A DNA stretch of 64,000 bases from Candidatus Moraniibacteriota bacterium (GTDB lineage: Bacteria; Patescibacteriota; Minisyncoccia; Moranbacterales; UBA1568). Both the position numbers and the translations under genes were made by a program. Each line of letters begins with the position of its first letter. The stretch's first letter is position 1. The notes under the pieces were generated by a model. It worked only from the letters and a program-made list of their open reading frames with translations, had not been told where the DNA came from and ran no database searches. The stretch lies in contig JBPOHW010000007.1 in the NCBI GenBank assembly GCA_052035095.1, forward strand, positions 1,705 through 65,704, written 5' to 3'. This document shows, piece by piece, positions 46,978 through 55,647 of the stretch.

Positions 46978-48516
46978 TCAGAGACCGCAGCGCTTCTTTG
47001 TAACCGGCCACGGTCCCCACCCGCTTTGTTTATATAAAGTGCACGCCGCTGAAATATTTTTTGCCGCGTCCATAGCCCGTTGCGAACACTCGGTATATTT
47101 GGCGCGATTTATTACTGAACATCCCCACCCACATACATAGGTAACTCCTTTGCTATTTGTACAACGCTTTTTTGCGCCACCATTATTCCCTGCACTTCCA
47201 TTTTCCAATGAAAATACATTCTGCCAACAACAATCACTCCCCAACATACACCCGTTGGCAATAATATTGAGCTGAAAAAGCCCGAATGAAAACCGGTCGC
47301 CACTCTCATTTTGACATCGATCCGTATTGCTCGCCGCCGCCGTATTTCCACCTGACTCGACATTACACACCTTCGAAGCTGCTTCCGCGTTCCATGAGCA
47401 CGCTTTCCCAAGGTTTTCTGTCGTACAATACCCCGAAGTGATCACCGAACACGATCCATTTCCTGGTCCTCCGCCACTTCCGCCGTCCCCTCCACCCCCA
47501 CCGCTCCCACCTGTACCACCTGTTCCGCCAGTTCCCGTATATTTCGTCTGCGTATCGCAACTATACGTAAACCACGATCCGTTCGTCTTGATAGAAAAAC
47601 TCGCCGTATCGCTCCCCAGCGTCCCGTCCGCCAAGACCATCAGAATCACATTGATCGCGACCCATCCGAGAAGAACAATCGCAAGCCCAACCAACGCCGC
47701 CCAAATACCCGATTTCGCAAGACCCGTCAATTGCGGCTTCCCGGTCGAAACAATATAGAGTATCCCCATCGCGACCAACACCGCAAAGGCGATATACGTC
47801 ATCACCATCAGGATCCAATTGGTAATATTTTGAATAAGGATCAACAGGTGACACAGCGTGCAAATTTTCGTCTCGTCATCCGAAGTGGCAGGGTTATCGC
47901 ACGATCGCCCGCACGGCACGATCCCGGGATTTTCAGATCCGGAACACGTGGTTGCCGTTCCGCCATCACCTCCTCCGCCGCCGGAAGGCGTATAACAACA
48001 CGCGACTCCGTTCGCGGCACACCCCGACGCCCCCGTAAGCGCCGTCCCCGACGAACACGTCGCGCTCGTCGAGCACGACCCCGTCTGCATCGTCCCACTT
48101 GCATCTTTGCCGGTACAGGGAGTACTGTTTGGAGCAGACTTACAGCACTTTCCCTTTGTTATAGTCAAAGAAGCACACTGCCCATCACTGCCGGAAACAG
48201 GAGTATCGCCACTTTCACACGCGCTTTTACATATTCCTTCCCCACCGGTACTACAGAAAAACGCCGTCGTATTTGGAACACAGCAGTCCCACAACCCAAC
48301 ACCACCCGCAGTACATGCTCCGGTCGAATCATCCCTCGAAAGCTCATTCGCGTTACATCCGGGAGTACTCGGGCGACATTCTCCAGAATAAGACTTCCCT
48401 GTAGAGGTATCGTTAAACGTGCAGCTTGCCGCAGAAACAGAAAAAGTGAACACAAAAAACATCAGAAGCATGTATACTCCCAGCAAAAAAGAAAAATATT
48501 TCTTCAAAAATATCAT
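46978..48516 (-). CDS. Large Cys-rich secreted protein with an internal TrbC/VirB2-like pilin module and a C-terminal Rpf/transglycosylase-like (lysozyme-fold) domain
   Basis: 512 aa. Signal peptide. Cys-rich and Gly-rich regions. Pilin module (ILMVMTYIAFAVLVAMGILYIVSTGKPQLTGLAKSGIWAALVGLAIVLL). C-terminal CNVESGGNTAAASNTDRCQNESGDRFSFGLFQLN resembles the Rpf / transglycosylase-like motif C-E-S-G-G-N...G-L-F/Q-Q. Confidence 0.65.
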   Translation of the reverse strand: MIFLKKYFSFLLGVYMLLMFFVFTFSVSAASCTFNDTSTGKSYSGECRPSTPGCNANELSRDDSTGACTAGGVGLWDCCVPNTTAFFCSTGGEGICKSACESGDTPVSGSDGQCASLTITKGKCCKSAPNSTPCTGKDASGTMQTGSCSTSATCSSGTALTGASGCAANGVACCYTPSGGGGGDGGTATTCSGSENPGIVPCGRSCDNPATSDDETKICTLCHLLILIQNITNWILMVMTYIAFAVLVAMGILYIVSTGKPQLTGLAKSGIWAALVGLAIVLLGWVAINVILMVLADGTLGSDTASFSIKTNGSWFTYSCDTQTKYTGTGGTGGTGGSGGGGGDGGSGGGPGNGSCSVITSGYCTTENLGKACSWNAEAASKVCNVESGGNTAAASNTDRCQNESGDRFSFGLFQLNIIANGCMLGSDCCWQNVFSLENGSAGNNGGAKKRCTNSKGVTYVCGWGCSVINRAKYTECSQRAMDAAKNISAACTLYKQSGWGPWPVTKKRCGL

Positions 48517-48572
48517 ACAAGAAGAATCAGAAGCCTCCTGCTCATTGAAAATTGATCATTGCAAATTTTGAT

Positions 48573-49949
48573 TCACTTCCTCCCCACTTGCTGTATGCGA
48601 CTCTCGGCGGTGGCAAGCGCTTGCGGAATATTCGCTTCACCCAGATTGACCGAGCGGATCATATCGCCCAAAATTTTCTCGATACTCTCCGGATCCGCCT
48701 GTTTCCAACTCCGCGCGATGAGATTGCCATCGGCAAAGGGACCGAGGATTGGATCGGTTTTTTGTTTTTCGATGAGATCGCGGCGCGCCGCGGGGCGCTT
48801 CGTCTTCGCGAGATAGCTTTCCGCCGGATCAAAGGTTGTCGGGAAGTCCCGCGTATTCCCCGTAAGCGCGTTTTGCAGCGTTACCGTGCCACCATTTGGG
48901 AACGCGATATACTTCAAAAATTGCCATGCTTCGAAAATACGCGCCTTGGAATAGAGCGCAACGTCCTGTGTCCCCGCGGGCGCCGTCTTGTTCTTCGCAA
49001 CCGAAAATCCCCAGTAATTGGGGAAATTGAACGGCTGGGCGCCCAAGGGCTGTGGAAGAGGCGCGACCCCGAAATTCAATTTGGAATTCTTCCGCTTGAT
49101 AGTGTCGTAGTGCCAGGAATAGTTGATCATCATCGCCGCTGTCCCCTCATAGAAGGCATCGATCGAGTAGTGCATCACCGGATTCCACGTATAGAGCGAC
49201 GAGGTGGGGTTGGCGAACCCCGTATAAAACGAAAGCGCGTTCACGCCCGGAGCGCCGGTCAACCGGAGATCATTGCTCCCGCCGCGCGGCACCAAGACGC
49301 CGTTTTGGAGAAAGAGCGCCGAGAGGACATCGGTCGAGCGATTGATATTCGCGGAGGTGCCGAGCGCAACCCCCGACTGCGTTATTTCCCCGAAGGAGTT
49401 GATGCGCGTCAAGAGTCGCACATCGTCTTGAAATTCATCCCACGTCACCGGCGGTCGCGCGATGCCGACCGAGGAGAGGATGTCTTCGTTATAATAGAGC
49501 GCGAGCGAATCCGCCGAGAGCGCGACCCCGAGTATTTTCCCGTCGGTCGCGACGAAATCATCCCCGACCGTATCCACAAACACGTTCCGATAGGTACGCT
49601 CGTCGATCATCCCCTCGGGCGCCGTCACGATTTTGTCGGCAAAAGCCGGCGTCCAAGAATTGCGCACCAAGAAAATATCTGGTCCATTCCCCGCCGCGAG
49701 TGCGTCCAGGAGATCCTGGCGATACGTGTCCACATTGAATTTCCGATAGACAATCTCCCCGACATTCGTATTCATTTCTTTATACTTCCCGATCACCTGC
49801 TGAAACGCGTCCGAATCGTCAAAGACGCCCCATACTTCGAGGTTCATCCGATACTTGGTCTCCGAAGTCCGCAAACCGCACCCCGAAAGCGAAAGCGTCA
49901 CCACCCCAAGCACCACCCCGACCACAATTCTCCCAAAGACCTTCTTCAT
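48573..49949 (-). CDS. Extracellular solute-binding lipoprotein (ABC transporter SBP family 1-like), orphan
   Basis: Lipobox LSLSGC after the signal peptide. 458 aa. SBP_bac_1-like composition. No permease or ATPase genes adjacent. Confidence 0.7.
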   Translation of the reverse strand: MKKVFGRIVVGVVLGVVTLSLSGCGLRTSETKYRMNLEVWGVFDDSDAFQQVIGKYKEMNTNVGEIVYRKFNVDTYRQDLLDALAAGNGPDIFLVRNSWTPAFADKIVTAPEGMIDERTYRNVFVDTVGDDFVATDGKILGVALSADSLALYYNEDILSSVGIARPPVTWDEFQDDVRLLTRINSFGEITQSGVALGTSANINRSTDVLSALFLQNGVLVPRGGSNDLRLTGAPGVNALSFYTGFANPTSSLYTWNPVMHYSIDAFYEGTAAMMINYSWHYDTIKRKNSKLNFGVAPLPQPLGAQPFNFPNYWGFSVAKNKTAPAGTQDVALYSKARIFEAWQFLKYIAFPNGGTVTLQNALTGNTRDFPTTFDPAESYLAKTKRPAARRDLIEKQKTDPILGPFADGNLIARSWKQADPESIEKILGDMIRSVNLGEANIPQALATAESRIQQVGRK

Positions 49950-50001
49950 ATCGCTTTTTTATTTTTTGGTACATTGACACCTTCCATTCGAGAAACCACC
50001 C

Positions 50002-50184
50002 GAAAACGTCTGATTTTGAGTGCAGTTCGACCCGCTTCGCCAGAGCTACAGCGAGGCGAGGGAAGATGTGCGGAGTGGAATGAATTGTTTGGGAAACAAT
50101 TCATTGTATGTAAACATACAGCGTCCCCGCCGAGGCGGGGGAGCATCTGATCCCGCCAAGGCGGGACCAAAATCAGACGTTTTC
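50002..50184. repeat. Intergenic hairpin cluster bounded by a 17-bp perfect inverted repeat (GAAAACGTCTGATTTTG / CAAAATCAGACGTTTTC)
   Basis: Contains a 12-bp perfect hairpin aatgaattgtttGGGaaacaattcatt (50079..50105), the dyad tgtatgtaaacataca (50104..50120), and GC hairpins ccccgccGAGgcggggg and tcccgccAAggcggga. Confidence 0.8.
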
Positions 50185-50185
50185 G

Positions 50186-50729
50186 TCATTTCTCGCACAC
50201 CAAGGCGTAGTGATAATCCCCCGCCGCAATATCCTTAACCGGAGAAAACCCGCATTCGGAGAGCATTTCAGTCAGTTTCGCGCGCGGAATCCGAAGCGAC
50301 TTCTCCGGTCCAAACGACGCTTCCGATTCATTCCATTCCATAATAAACAAAAATCCGCCGGGCTTGAGCACTCGATACGCCTCCCAGAGCATAATCGGCT
50401 TGTTCCTATTCTGAAAGAGCACATCTTTGAGAATGACCCAATCGAGACTCCCATCCGGCAATCCCGAGCCTCCTTCGCGTTCCAAATTGGCGCGCTTCGC
50501 GACAACATTCTTGAGTCCGAGCGCCTTCGCGCGGCTCGAAACCGCCTCGAGTGACGACGGTAAAATATCGAGCGCGTAAACGACTCCCTTCTCCCCGACC
50601 GCCCGCGCAAACGCAAGTGAAAAAAATCCCGATCCGCACCCGAAGTCCGCGACCGACGCATTGGCAAGCATATCCAACTGATCAAGAACCTCTTCCGGCT
50701 TGACAAAACTATTCGTCAACATCGTTCCC
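50186..50729 (-). CDS. Class I SAM-dependent methyltransferase
   Basis: Trimmed to ATG at 50729 (MGTMLTNSF...). Motif I VADFGCGSGFFSLAFA and post-I acidic residue (YALDIL). Confidence 0.75.
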
Positions 50730-50844
50730 ATAAAAAAGAAGGTTGAAATATTTTCTTGCAAAAAGAACAACCGCATTGTACAACAGAAAGCGTAGGGGCG
50801 CAAAATTTTTCGCCCTTCCCAAAACACATATTGTCAATGGTCTA

Positions 50845-50929
50845 ACGGAGAGGTCGCATAGTGGCCGAGTGCGCTCGCTTGGAAAGCGAGTATACCGCAA
50901 GGTATCGGGAGTTCGAATCTCCCCCTCTC
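50845..50929 (+). tRNA. tRNA-Ser (anticodon GGA), long variable arm, no encoded CCA
   Basis: ggagaggtcgcatagtggccgagtgcgctcgcttggaaagcgagtataccgcaaggtatcgggagttcgaatctccccctctccg. Anticodon loop uuGGAaa. T-arm GGGAGTTCGAATCTCCC. G73. Confidence 0.85.
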
Positions 50930-51007
50930 CGCAGAAAAAGTCCCTTTACAAAGCCGCGAAAAGGGTGCTACAGTGAGGGAAGAACGAAGAGAAATAAGGC
51001 TTTTCCT

Positions 51008-51592
51008 ATGCAAGGCGCGGGTTTTTTGTTGACACCGACGGCATTTTTGGGAATTTCCGCGACACTTCTCGTTCTGTTTCTCTTCATGGCGTTTTTCATC
51101 TGGAGACTGTTTCGCGCAACGCGAACGCTCGAGGAACGGCAAAAGATGTTCCTGAAAGGCAAAGACGGCGCCGATCTCGAGGCGGTAATCTCGCGCCATG
51201 ACAAGGAGATCGGAAATCTCGATACGGAAATTCAAGAGCTCTTCGAAATTTCCGAAAAAATCCGCGGACTCGCGATGATCGGCATTCACAAGGTCGGCAT
51301 CGTGCGCTTCAATCCCTTCCAGGATACCGGAGGCAATCAAAGCTGGAGCATCGCGCTCCTCAACGGAAGCGATACCGGTCTCGTCATTTCCTCCCTCCTC
51401 TCCCGCGAATCGGCACGAGTCTACGCCAAACCCGTCATTCAGGGTCACCACGGAGACTTCCCCCTCACCGCCGAGGAAAAGCGCGCCATCGAACTCGCCC
51501 GAAAGCCGAAAGAACTCACAAAAAAAGCACCAAATTCCAATCCGCCAGTTGGCGGACAAGTTCCAAATAATTTCCAAAGTTCAAAAACGTAA
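51008..51592 (+). CDS. DUF4446-family membrane-anchored protein
   Basis: ORF 50861.. overlaps tRNA-Ser, so trimmed to ATG at 51008 (MQGAGFLLTPTAFLGISATLLVLFLFMAFF). IVRFNPFQDTGGNQSWSIALLNGSDTGLVISSL...RVYAKP matches the DUF4446 signature. Confidence 0.65.
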   Translation: MQGAGFLLTPTAFLGISATLLVLFLFMAFFIWRLFRATRTLEERQKMFLKGKDGADLEAVISRHDKEIGNLDTEIQELFEISEKIRGLAMIGIHKVGIVRFNPFQDTGGNQSWSIALLNGSDTGLVISSLLSRESARVYAKPVIQGHHGDFPLTAEEKRAIELARKPKELTKKAPNSNPPVGGQVPNNFQSSKT

Positions 51593-51698
51593 ACGAAAAC
51601 GCCGCAAAAAAAATATGTTTTCGCTTTGTTTTTCATTGCTGGTTAGTTATTGAGTATTATTTGTATCTTGTAATTTGGAATTTGTTATTTCTCTCCCT

Positions 51699-53456
51699 AT
51701 GGATGAACCCAAAAAAACCGTCAAAATTCCTTCATCCGTCTCCGTGAAACGTCTCGCGGAAATTTTCGGTATGCCGGTCTCCTCGGTCATTATGGAGCTC
51801 ATGAAAAACAAGATCCTGGCAACCATCAATGAAGAAATAGACTTCGAAACCGCGAGCATCATCGCTCAGGACTTGGGGTTTGAAACCGAGGAAGACCTCG
51901 AAACCGGCGAGAGCGACACCTTTACCCTCGAGCGACTCCTCGAAATCTGTGCCCAAGAAAAAGCCTCCGGCAAAACGCTCGACAAACGCCCGGCGGTCGT
52001 CACCATACTCGGGCACGTCGATCATGGCAAAACCACCCTCCTCGATACGATTCGCAAAACCAATGTCGCCGGCAAAGAAGCGGGCGGCATCACGCAAGCG
52101 ATGAGCGCCTATCAGGTCAAAAAGCGCGGGAGCATCATTACATTCATCGACACACCCGGTCACGAAGCCTTCTCCTCAATGCGCGAACGCGGGGTCGCCC
52201 TCGCCGATATCGCCATCCTCGTCGTTGCCGCCGACGACGGCGTCCGCCCTCAGACCAAAGAAGTCATTTCCTACATCCTTGAACACCATATTCCCGCCAT
52301 TGTCGCCGTCAACAAAATCGACAAACCCGAAGCGAATATCCCGCGCGTCAAACAAGAACTCGCCGACAACGGCATCCTCATCGAGGAATGGGGCGGGACC
52401 TACCCCTTGGTCGAGATAAGCGCCAAACACGGCAAGAATATCGACAAACTCCTCGAGCATATTCTCTTGGTCGCCGACATACACGACTTCCGAAGCGATA
52501 CCAAACGCGACGGACTCGGCATCGTCCTCGAATCGCACCTCGATCCGCAAAAGGGTCCCGTCGCTGTCGCCCTTGTCAAAACCGGCACGCTCAAAGTAGG
52601 GCAAGACATCACCGTCGGAAGCGCGCACGGGCGCATCCGTCGACTCGAAGACTTTGCCGGCAAAAACATCGCCGTCGCACTCCCTTCAACCCCCGTCCAG
52701 CTCTATGGCTTGAGCGCGGCGCCCAATACCAATGACGTGGTCCAAGTCGTGGGAAGCAAAATCGCCGCGCGCCTCAAGTCTCGCGAACGTATGACAGGGA
52801 GCCTCGGCAAGAAAGAGCTCCAAACCGTCCAAGAAGACGGCGTCAAGAAATTCCCCCTCGTCGTCAAGGCGGATGTTCACGGCTCACTGGAAGCCTTGGA
52901 GCAAATATTCGGCACGATTCCCGCCGATGAAATCACGCTCGATATCGTCTCTCAAGGCGTGGGCGCCATCACCGAGTCCGACGTCAAAATGGCGGAAAGC
53001 GCCGGCGCGCTTATCGTGGGCTTTAACGTTGTGCCGACTCCCGTCGCGAGCCGTATGGCGGAAAGCGCGAAAATTGAAATACAGAGCTTCAGCATCATCT
53101 ACAAACTCGTCGAATTCGTCAAAGAAAAACTCTCCGCTCTCCTCCCGCCCGAAATAATCCGCACCGACCTGGGCGCGCTCGCCGTCCTTGCTGTCTTCAA
53201 AACCGGCAAACACGATATGATCGTCGGCGGCCGCGTGAATAACGGCAAAATCGTGAAGGGTTCGCAGATCGAAATACGGCGCGATGACGAAATCATCGGC
53301 ACGGGACGCCTCGCCAATCTCCAGCAGAACAAAAAGAACACCGATGAAGTAGGGAGTGGCAACGAATGCGGCCTCACCGTCGAAACCACAACCAAAATCC
53401 ACATCGGCGACACCCTTCTCTCCTTCACCATCGAGGAAAAACGGAGAACACTGTAA
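51699..53456 (+). CDS. infB: Translation initiation factor IF-2 (short form)
   Basis: ATG at 51699 (ORF track extends to a TTG at 51675). G-domain motifs GHVDHGKTTLLD, DTPGH, NKID. C-terminal beta-barrel domains. Confidence 0.9.
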   Translation: MDEPKKTVKIPSSVSVKRLAEIFGMPVSSVIMELMKNKILATINEEIDFETASIIAQDLGFETEEDLETGESDTFTLERLLEICAQEKASGKTLDKRPAVVTILGHVDHGKTTLLDTIRKTNVAGKEAGGITQAMSAYQVKKRGSIITFIDTPGHEAFSSMRERGVALADIAILVVAADDGVRPQTKEVISYILEHHIPAIVAVNKIDKPEANIPRVKQELADNGILIEEWGGTYPLVEISAKHGKNIDKLLEHILLVADIHDFRSDTKRDGLGIVLESHLDPQKGPVAVALVKTGTLKVGQDITVGSAHGRIRRLEDFAGKNIAVALPSTPVQLYGLSAAPNTNDVVQVVGSKIAARLKSRERMTGSLGKKELQTVQEDGVKKFPLVVKADVHGSLEALEQIFGTIPADEITLDIVSQGVGAITESDVKMAESAGALIVGFNVVPTPVASRMAESAKIEIQSFSIIYKLVEFVKEKLSALLPPEIIRTDLGALAVLAVFKTGKHDMIVGGRVNNGKIVKGSQIEIRRDDEIIGTGRLANLQQNKKNTDEVGSGNECGLTVETTTKIHIGDTLLSFTIEEKRRTL

Positions 53457-53574
53457 CATCCGACTTGAAACACACGAAACAAATACAAAACTCCGATACA
53501 TTCCGGAGTTTTGTTGGTATAATGTCACTATAGCTAACCTATATACTCTGAAAATTTCTACCATGCGCGCTGAA

Positions 53575-53649
53575 ACCGCGAAAAATAATTTTTCTCTAGT
53601 TTGCTCCGAGCCCAATGAGGAGCATGTGAGAAAAATTATTTTTCGCGGT
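53575..53649 (+). repeat. Repeat family 2, copy B: perfect 20-bp AT-rich stem hairpin with 35-nt conserved loop
   Basis: accgcgaaaaataatttttc [tctagtttgctccgagcccaatgaggagcatgtga] gaaaaattatttttcgcggt, then gaggcaac. Located between infB and cca. Confidence 0.8.
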
Positions 53650-53692
53650 CGAGGCAACGTTCAAAAGAGCAGAAATTGAACAAATTGAGAGT

Positions 53693-55396
53693 ATGATCGA
53701 TATGAAAGAATCACAAAAAATCCCCCTTCCCGTCCTTGAAACCCTTTTCGCACTTGAAAGGGCTGGGTTTGAGGCGTTTATCGTGGGCGGATGCGTGCGC
53801 GATCTCATCTTGGAAAGAGAGCCCAAAGACTGGGACATCACCACCAATGCCCTCCCCGAAGAAATTCAAGCCATATTCCCCGACAGCTTCTATGAAAACG
53901 TTTTCGGCACCGTCGGCGTAAAGGTCAGACCCTTCATGCCCAAAGGAAAAGAAGATCGCGAAGAAGACGTGATCGAAATCACCACCTACCGCGCCGAATC
54001 CGGCTACGACGACAAGCGCCACCCTTCAAACATTTCCTTCGTCAAAACCGTCGAAGAAGACCTTGCCCGCCGCGACTTCACGATGAACGCGATCGCGCTG
54101 CGAACTGACAACTCACAACTTACAACTGACAACGCTTCACAACTTCCAACTTCCAACTTCCAACCGACAACTCGCAACAAAAACACGACATTGAAATCCG
54201 AAATTGAAAATTGTGAATTGAACATTGAAAATTCCCTCCCGAACTACCCACTACCCACTACCAACTACCAACTTATTGATCCTTTCAACGGTCAACGAGA
54301 TATCAAAGACAAAACCATCCGCGCGGTTGGCGATCCAGACGCTCGCCTCGGCGAGGACGCGCTCCGAATGCTCCGCGCTGTCCGATTCTACGCCGAACTC
54401 CGCACGCCGACGCCGCTTCCCAAAGAGGCCTTTATGGAAAAGGGAAATGAAAGCGATTTGCTCCACCATTCATCCGACTGGACTATCGAATCGGAAACCT
54501 GTGCGGCGATCAAGCGGCGAGTCGGCGACATTCGCGCCATATCAATGGAGCGCATCGGAGACGAACTCGGGAAAATCCTCCTCTCACCAAGCCCCGCCCA
54601 CGGCATCGATATGTTGCGGAAAACCGGACTCTTGTCGCGCATCCTGCCGGAACTCGAAGCGGGCGTCGGCGTCGGACAAAATCTCCACCATATCTATACC
54701 GTCTACGAACACAATCTCCGCGCCCTCGCAACCTGCCCTTCAAAAAAGCTCGAAGTACGCCTCGCCGCCCTTCTCCACGACGTCGGGAAGCCCCAAACCA
54801 AGCGCGGCGAGGGCTACCGATCCACCTTCTACAATCACGACCATGTGGGCGCCCGCATCACCCGAAGACTCCTCGAGCGACTGCGCTTCCCCGCGAAACT
54901 CATCGCAAAAACCGTGCTCCTCGTTGACAACCATCTCTTTTACTATAATGTAGGGGAAGTGACCGCCGCCTCCGTCCGCCGCCTCATCCGACGCGTGGGA
55001 CTCGAGAATATGCGCGACCTGATGGACATCCGCATCGGCGACCGCCTCGGATCCGGCACACCCAAGGCAAAGCCCTACAAATTGCGCCACCTAGAATATA
55101 TGATCGAGAAGGTCTCAAATGATCCCGTCTCGGTCAAAATGCTCGCCATAAACGGCAGTGACGTGATGAAAGAACTCGCGATCACTCCGGGACCCAAAAT
55201 CGGCGCTATACTGGACGTCCTCCTTGCGGAAGTTATCGAAGATCCGACAAAAAACACCAAAGAATCCCTCTTCGAACGCGCCAAAGAACTCGAGAAAGAA
55301 GACTTGAACCGCCTCCGCGAACTCGCCAAAGACAAAATAGAAGAAAAACGCGCGTCAGACGATCAAAAAGTCAAACACAAACACTGGGTGCAGTAA
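53693..55396 (+). CDS. cca: tRNA nucleotidyltransferase (CCA-adding enzyme; poly(A) polymerase head + HD domain) with low-complexity insertion
   Basis: Head domain GGCVRDLIL...DWD and HD domain (HDVGKP). In-frame insert TDNSQLTTDNASQLPTSNFQPTTRNKNTTLKSEIENCELNIENSLPNYPLPTTNYQL is encoded by simple DNA repeats (54100..54260). Confidence 0.8.
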   Translation: MIDMKESQKIPLPVLETLFALERAGFEAFIVGGCVRDLILEREPKDWDITTNALPEEIQAIFPDSFYENVFGTVGVKVRPFMPKGKEDREEDVIEITTYRAESGYDDKRHPSNISFVKTVEEDLARRDFTMNAIALRTDNSQLTTDNASQLPTSNFQPTTRNKNTTLKSEIENCELNIENSLPNYPLPTTNYQLIDPFNGQRDIKDKTIRAVGDPDARLGEDALRMLRAVRFYAELRTPTPLPKEAFMEKGNESDLLHHSSDWTIESETCAAIKRRVGDIRAISMERIGDELGKILLSPSPAHGIDMLRKTGLLSRILPELEAGVGVGQNLHHIYTVYEHNLRALATCPSKKLEVRLAALLHDVGKPQTKRGEGYRSTFYNHDHVGARITRRLLERLRFPAKLIAKTVLLVDNHLFYYNVGEVTAASVRRLIRRVGLENMRDLMDIRIGDRLGSGTPKAKPYKLRHLEYMIEKVSNDPVSVKMLAINGSDVMKELAITPGPKIGAILDVLLAEVIEDPTKNTKESLFERAKELEKEDLNRLRELAKDKIEEKRASDDQKVKHKHWVQ

Positions 55397-55431
55397 GCTG
55401 ATAGCTGAAAGCCGACAACCAAAAGCTGGAA

Positions 55432-55502
55432 CGGGGCATCGTATACCGGTAGTACGCATGATTCGGGTTCATGTAGACTGGGTTCGATTCCCAGTGCCCC
55501 GA
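55432..55502 (+). tRNA. tRNA-Pro (anticodon CGG), no encoded CCA
   Basis: cggggcatcgtataccggtagtacgcatgattcgggttcatgtagactgggttcgattcccagtgccccga. Anticodon loop uuCGGgu. C1:G72 and A73. T-arm CTGGGTTCGATTCCCAG. Confidence 0.85.
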
Positions 55503-55647
55503 CTGAAGTGAAACGCAAGGAGTGGGCAAGCACGCCAACCTACCTACCGGCAGGCAGGCTGCTTGGCGTGCGCCTGGGAATCGAAGGGATTTTCCTTAAA
55601 TGGAAAATCCCAGGCTCGAAGAGGATTCCCAGTGCCCCAAAAAAGAT

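Noticed and set aside
50861-51007. N-terminal 49 codons of ORF 50861..51592
   Set aside because: They overlap tRNA-Ser (50845..50929). The real start is the ATG at 51008 that begins the TM segment.
55574-55638. Second, degenerate tRNA (pseudo-tRNA) downstream of tRNA-Pro
   Set aside because: Only a T-arm-like CTGGG...GATTCCCAGTGCCCC segment with a large insertion is present; no D-arm or anticodon arm. Interpreted as a 3'-end duplication rather than a gene.
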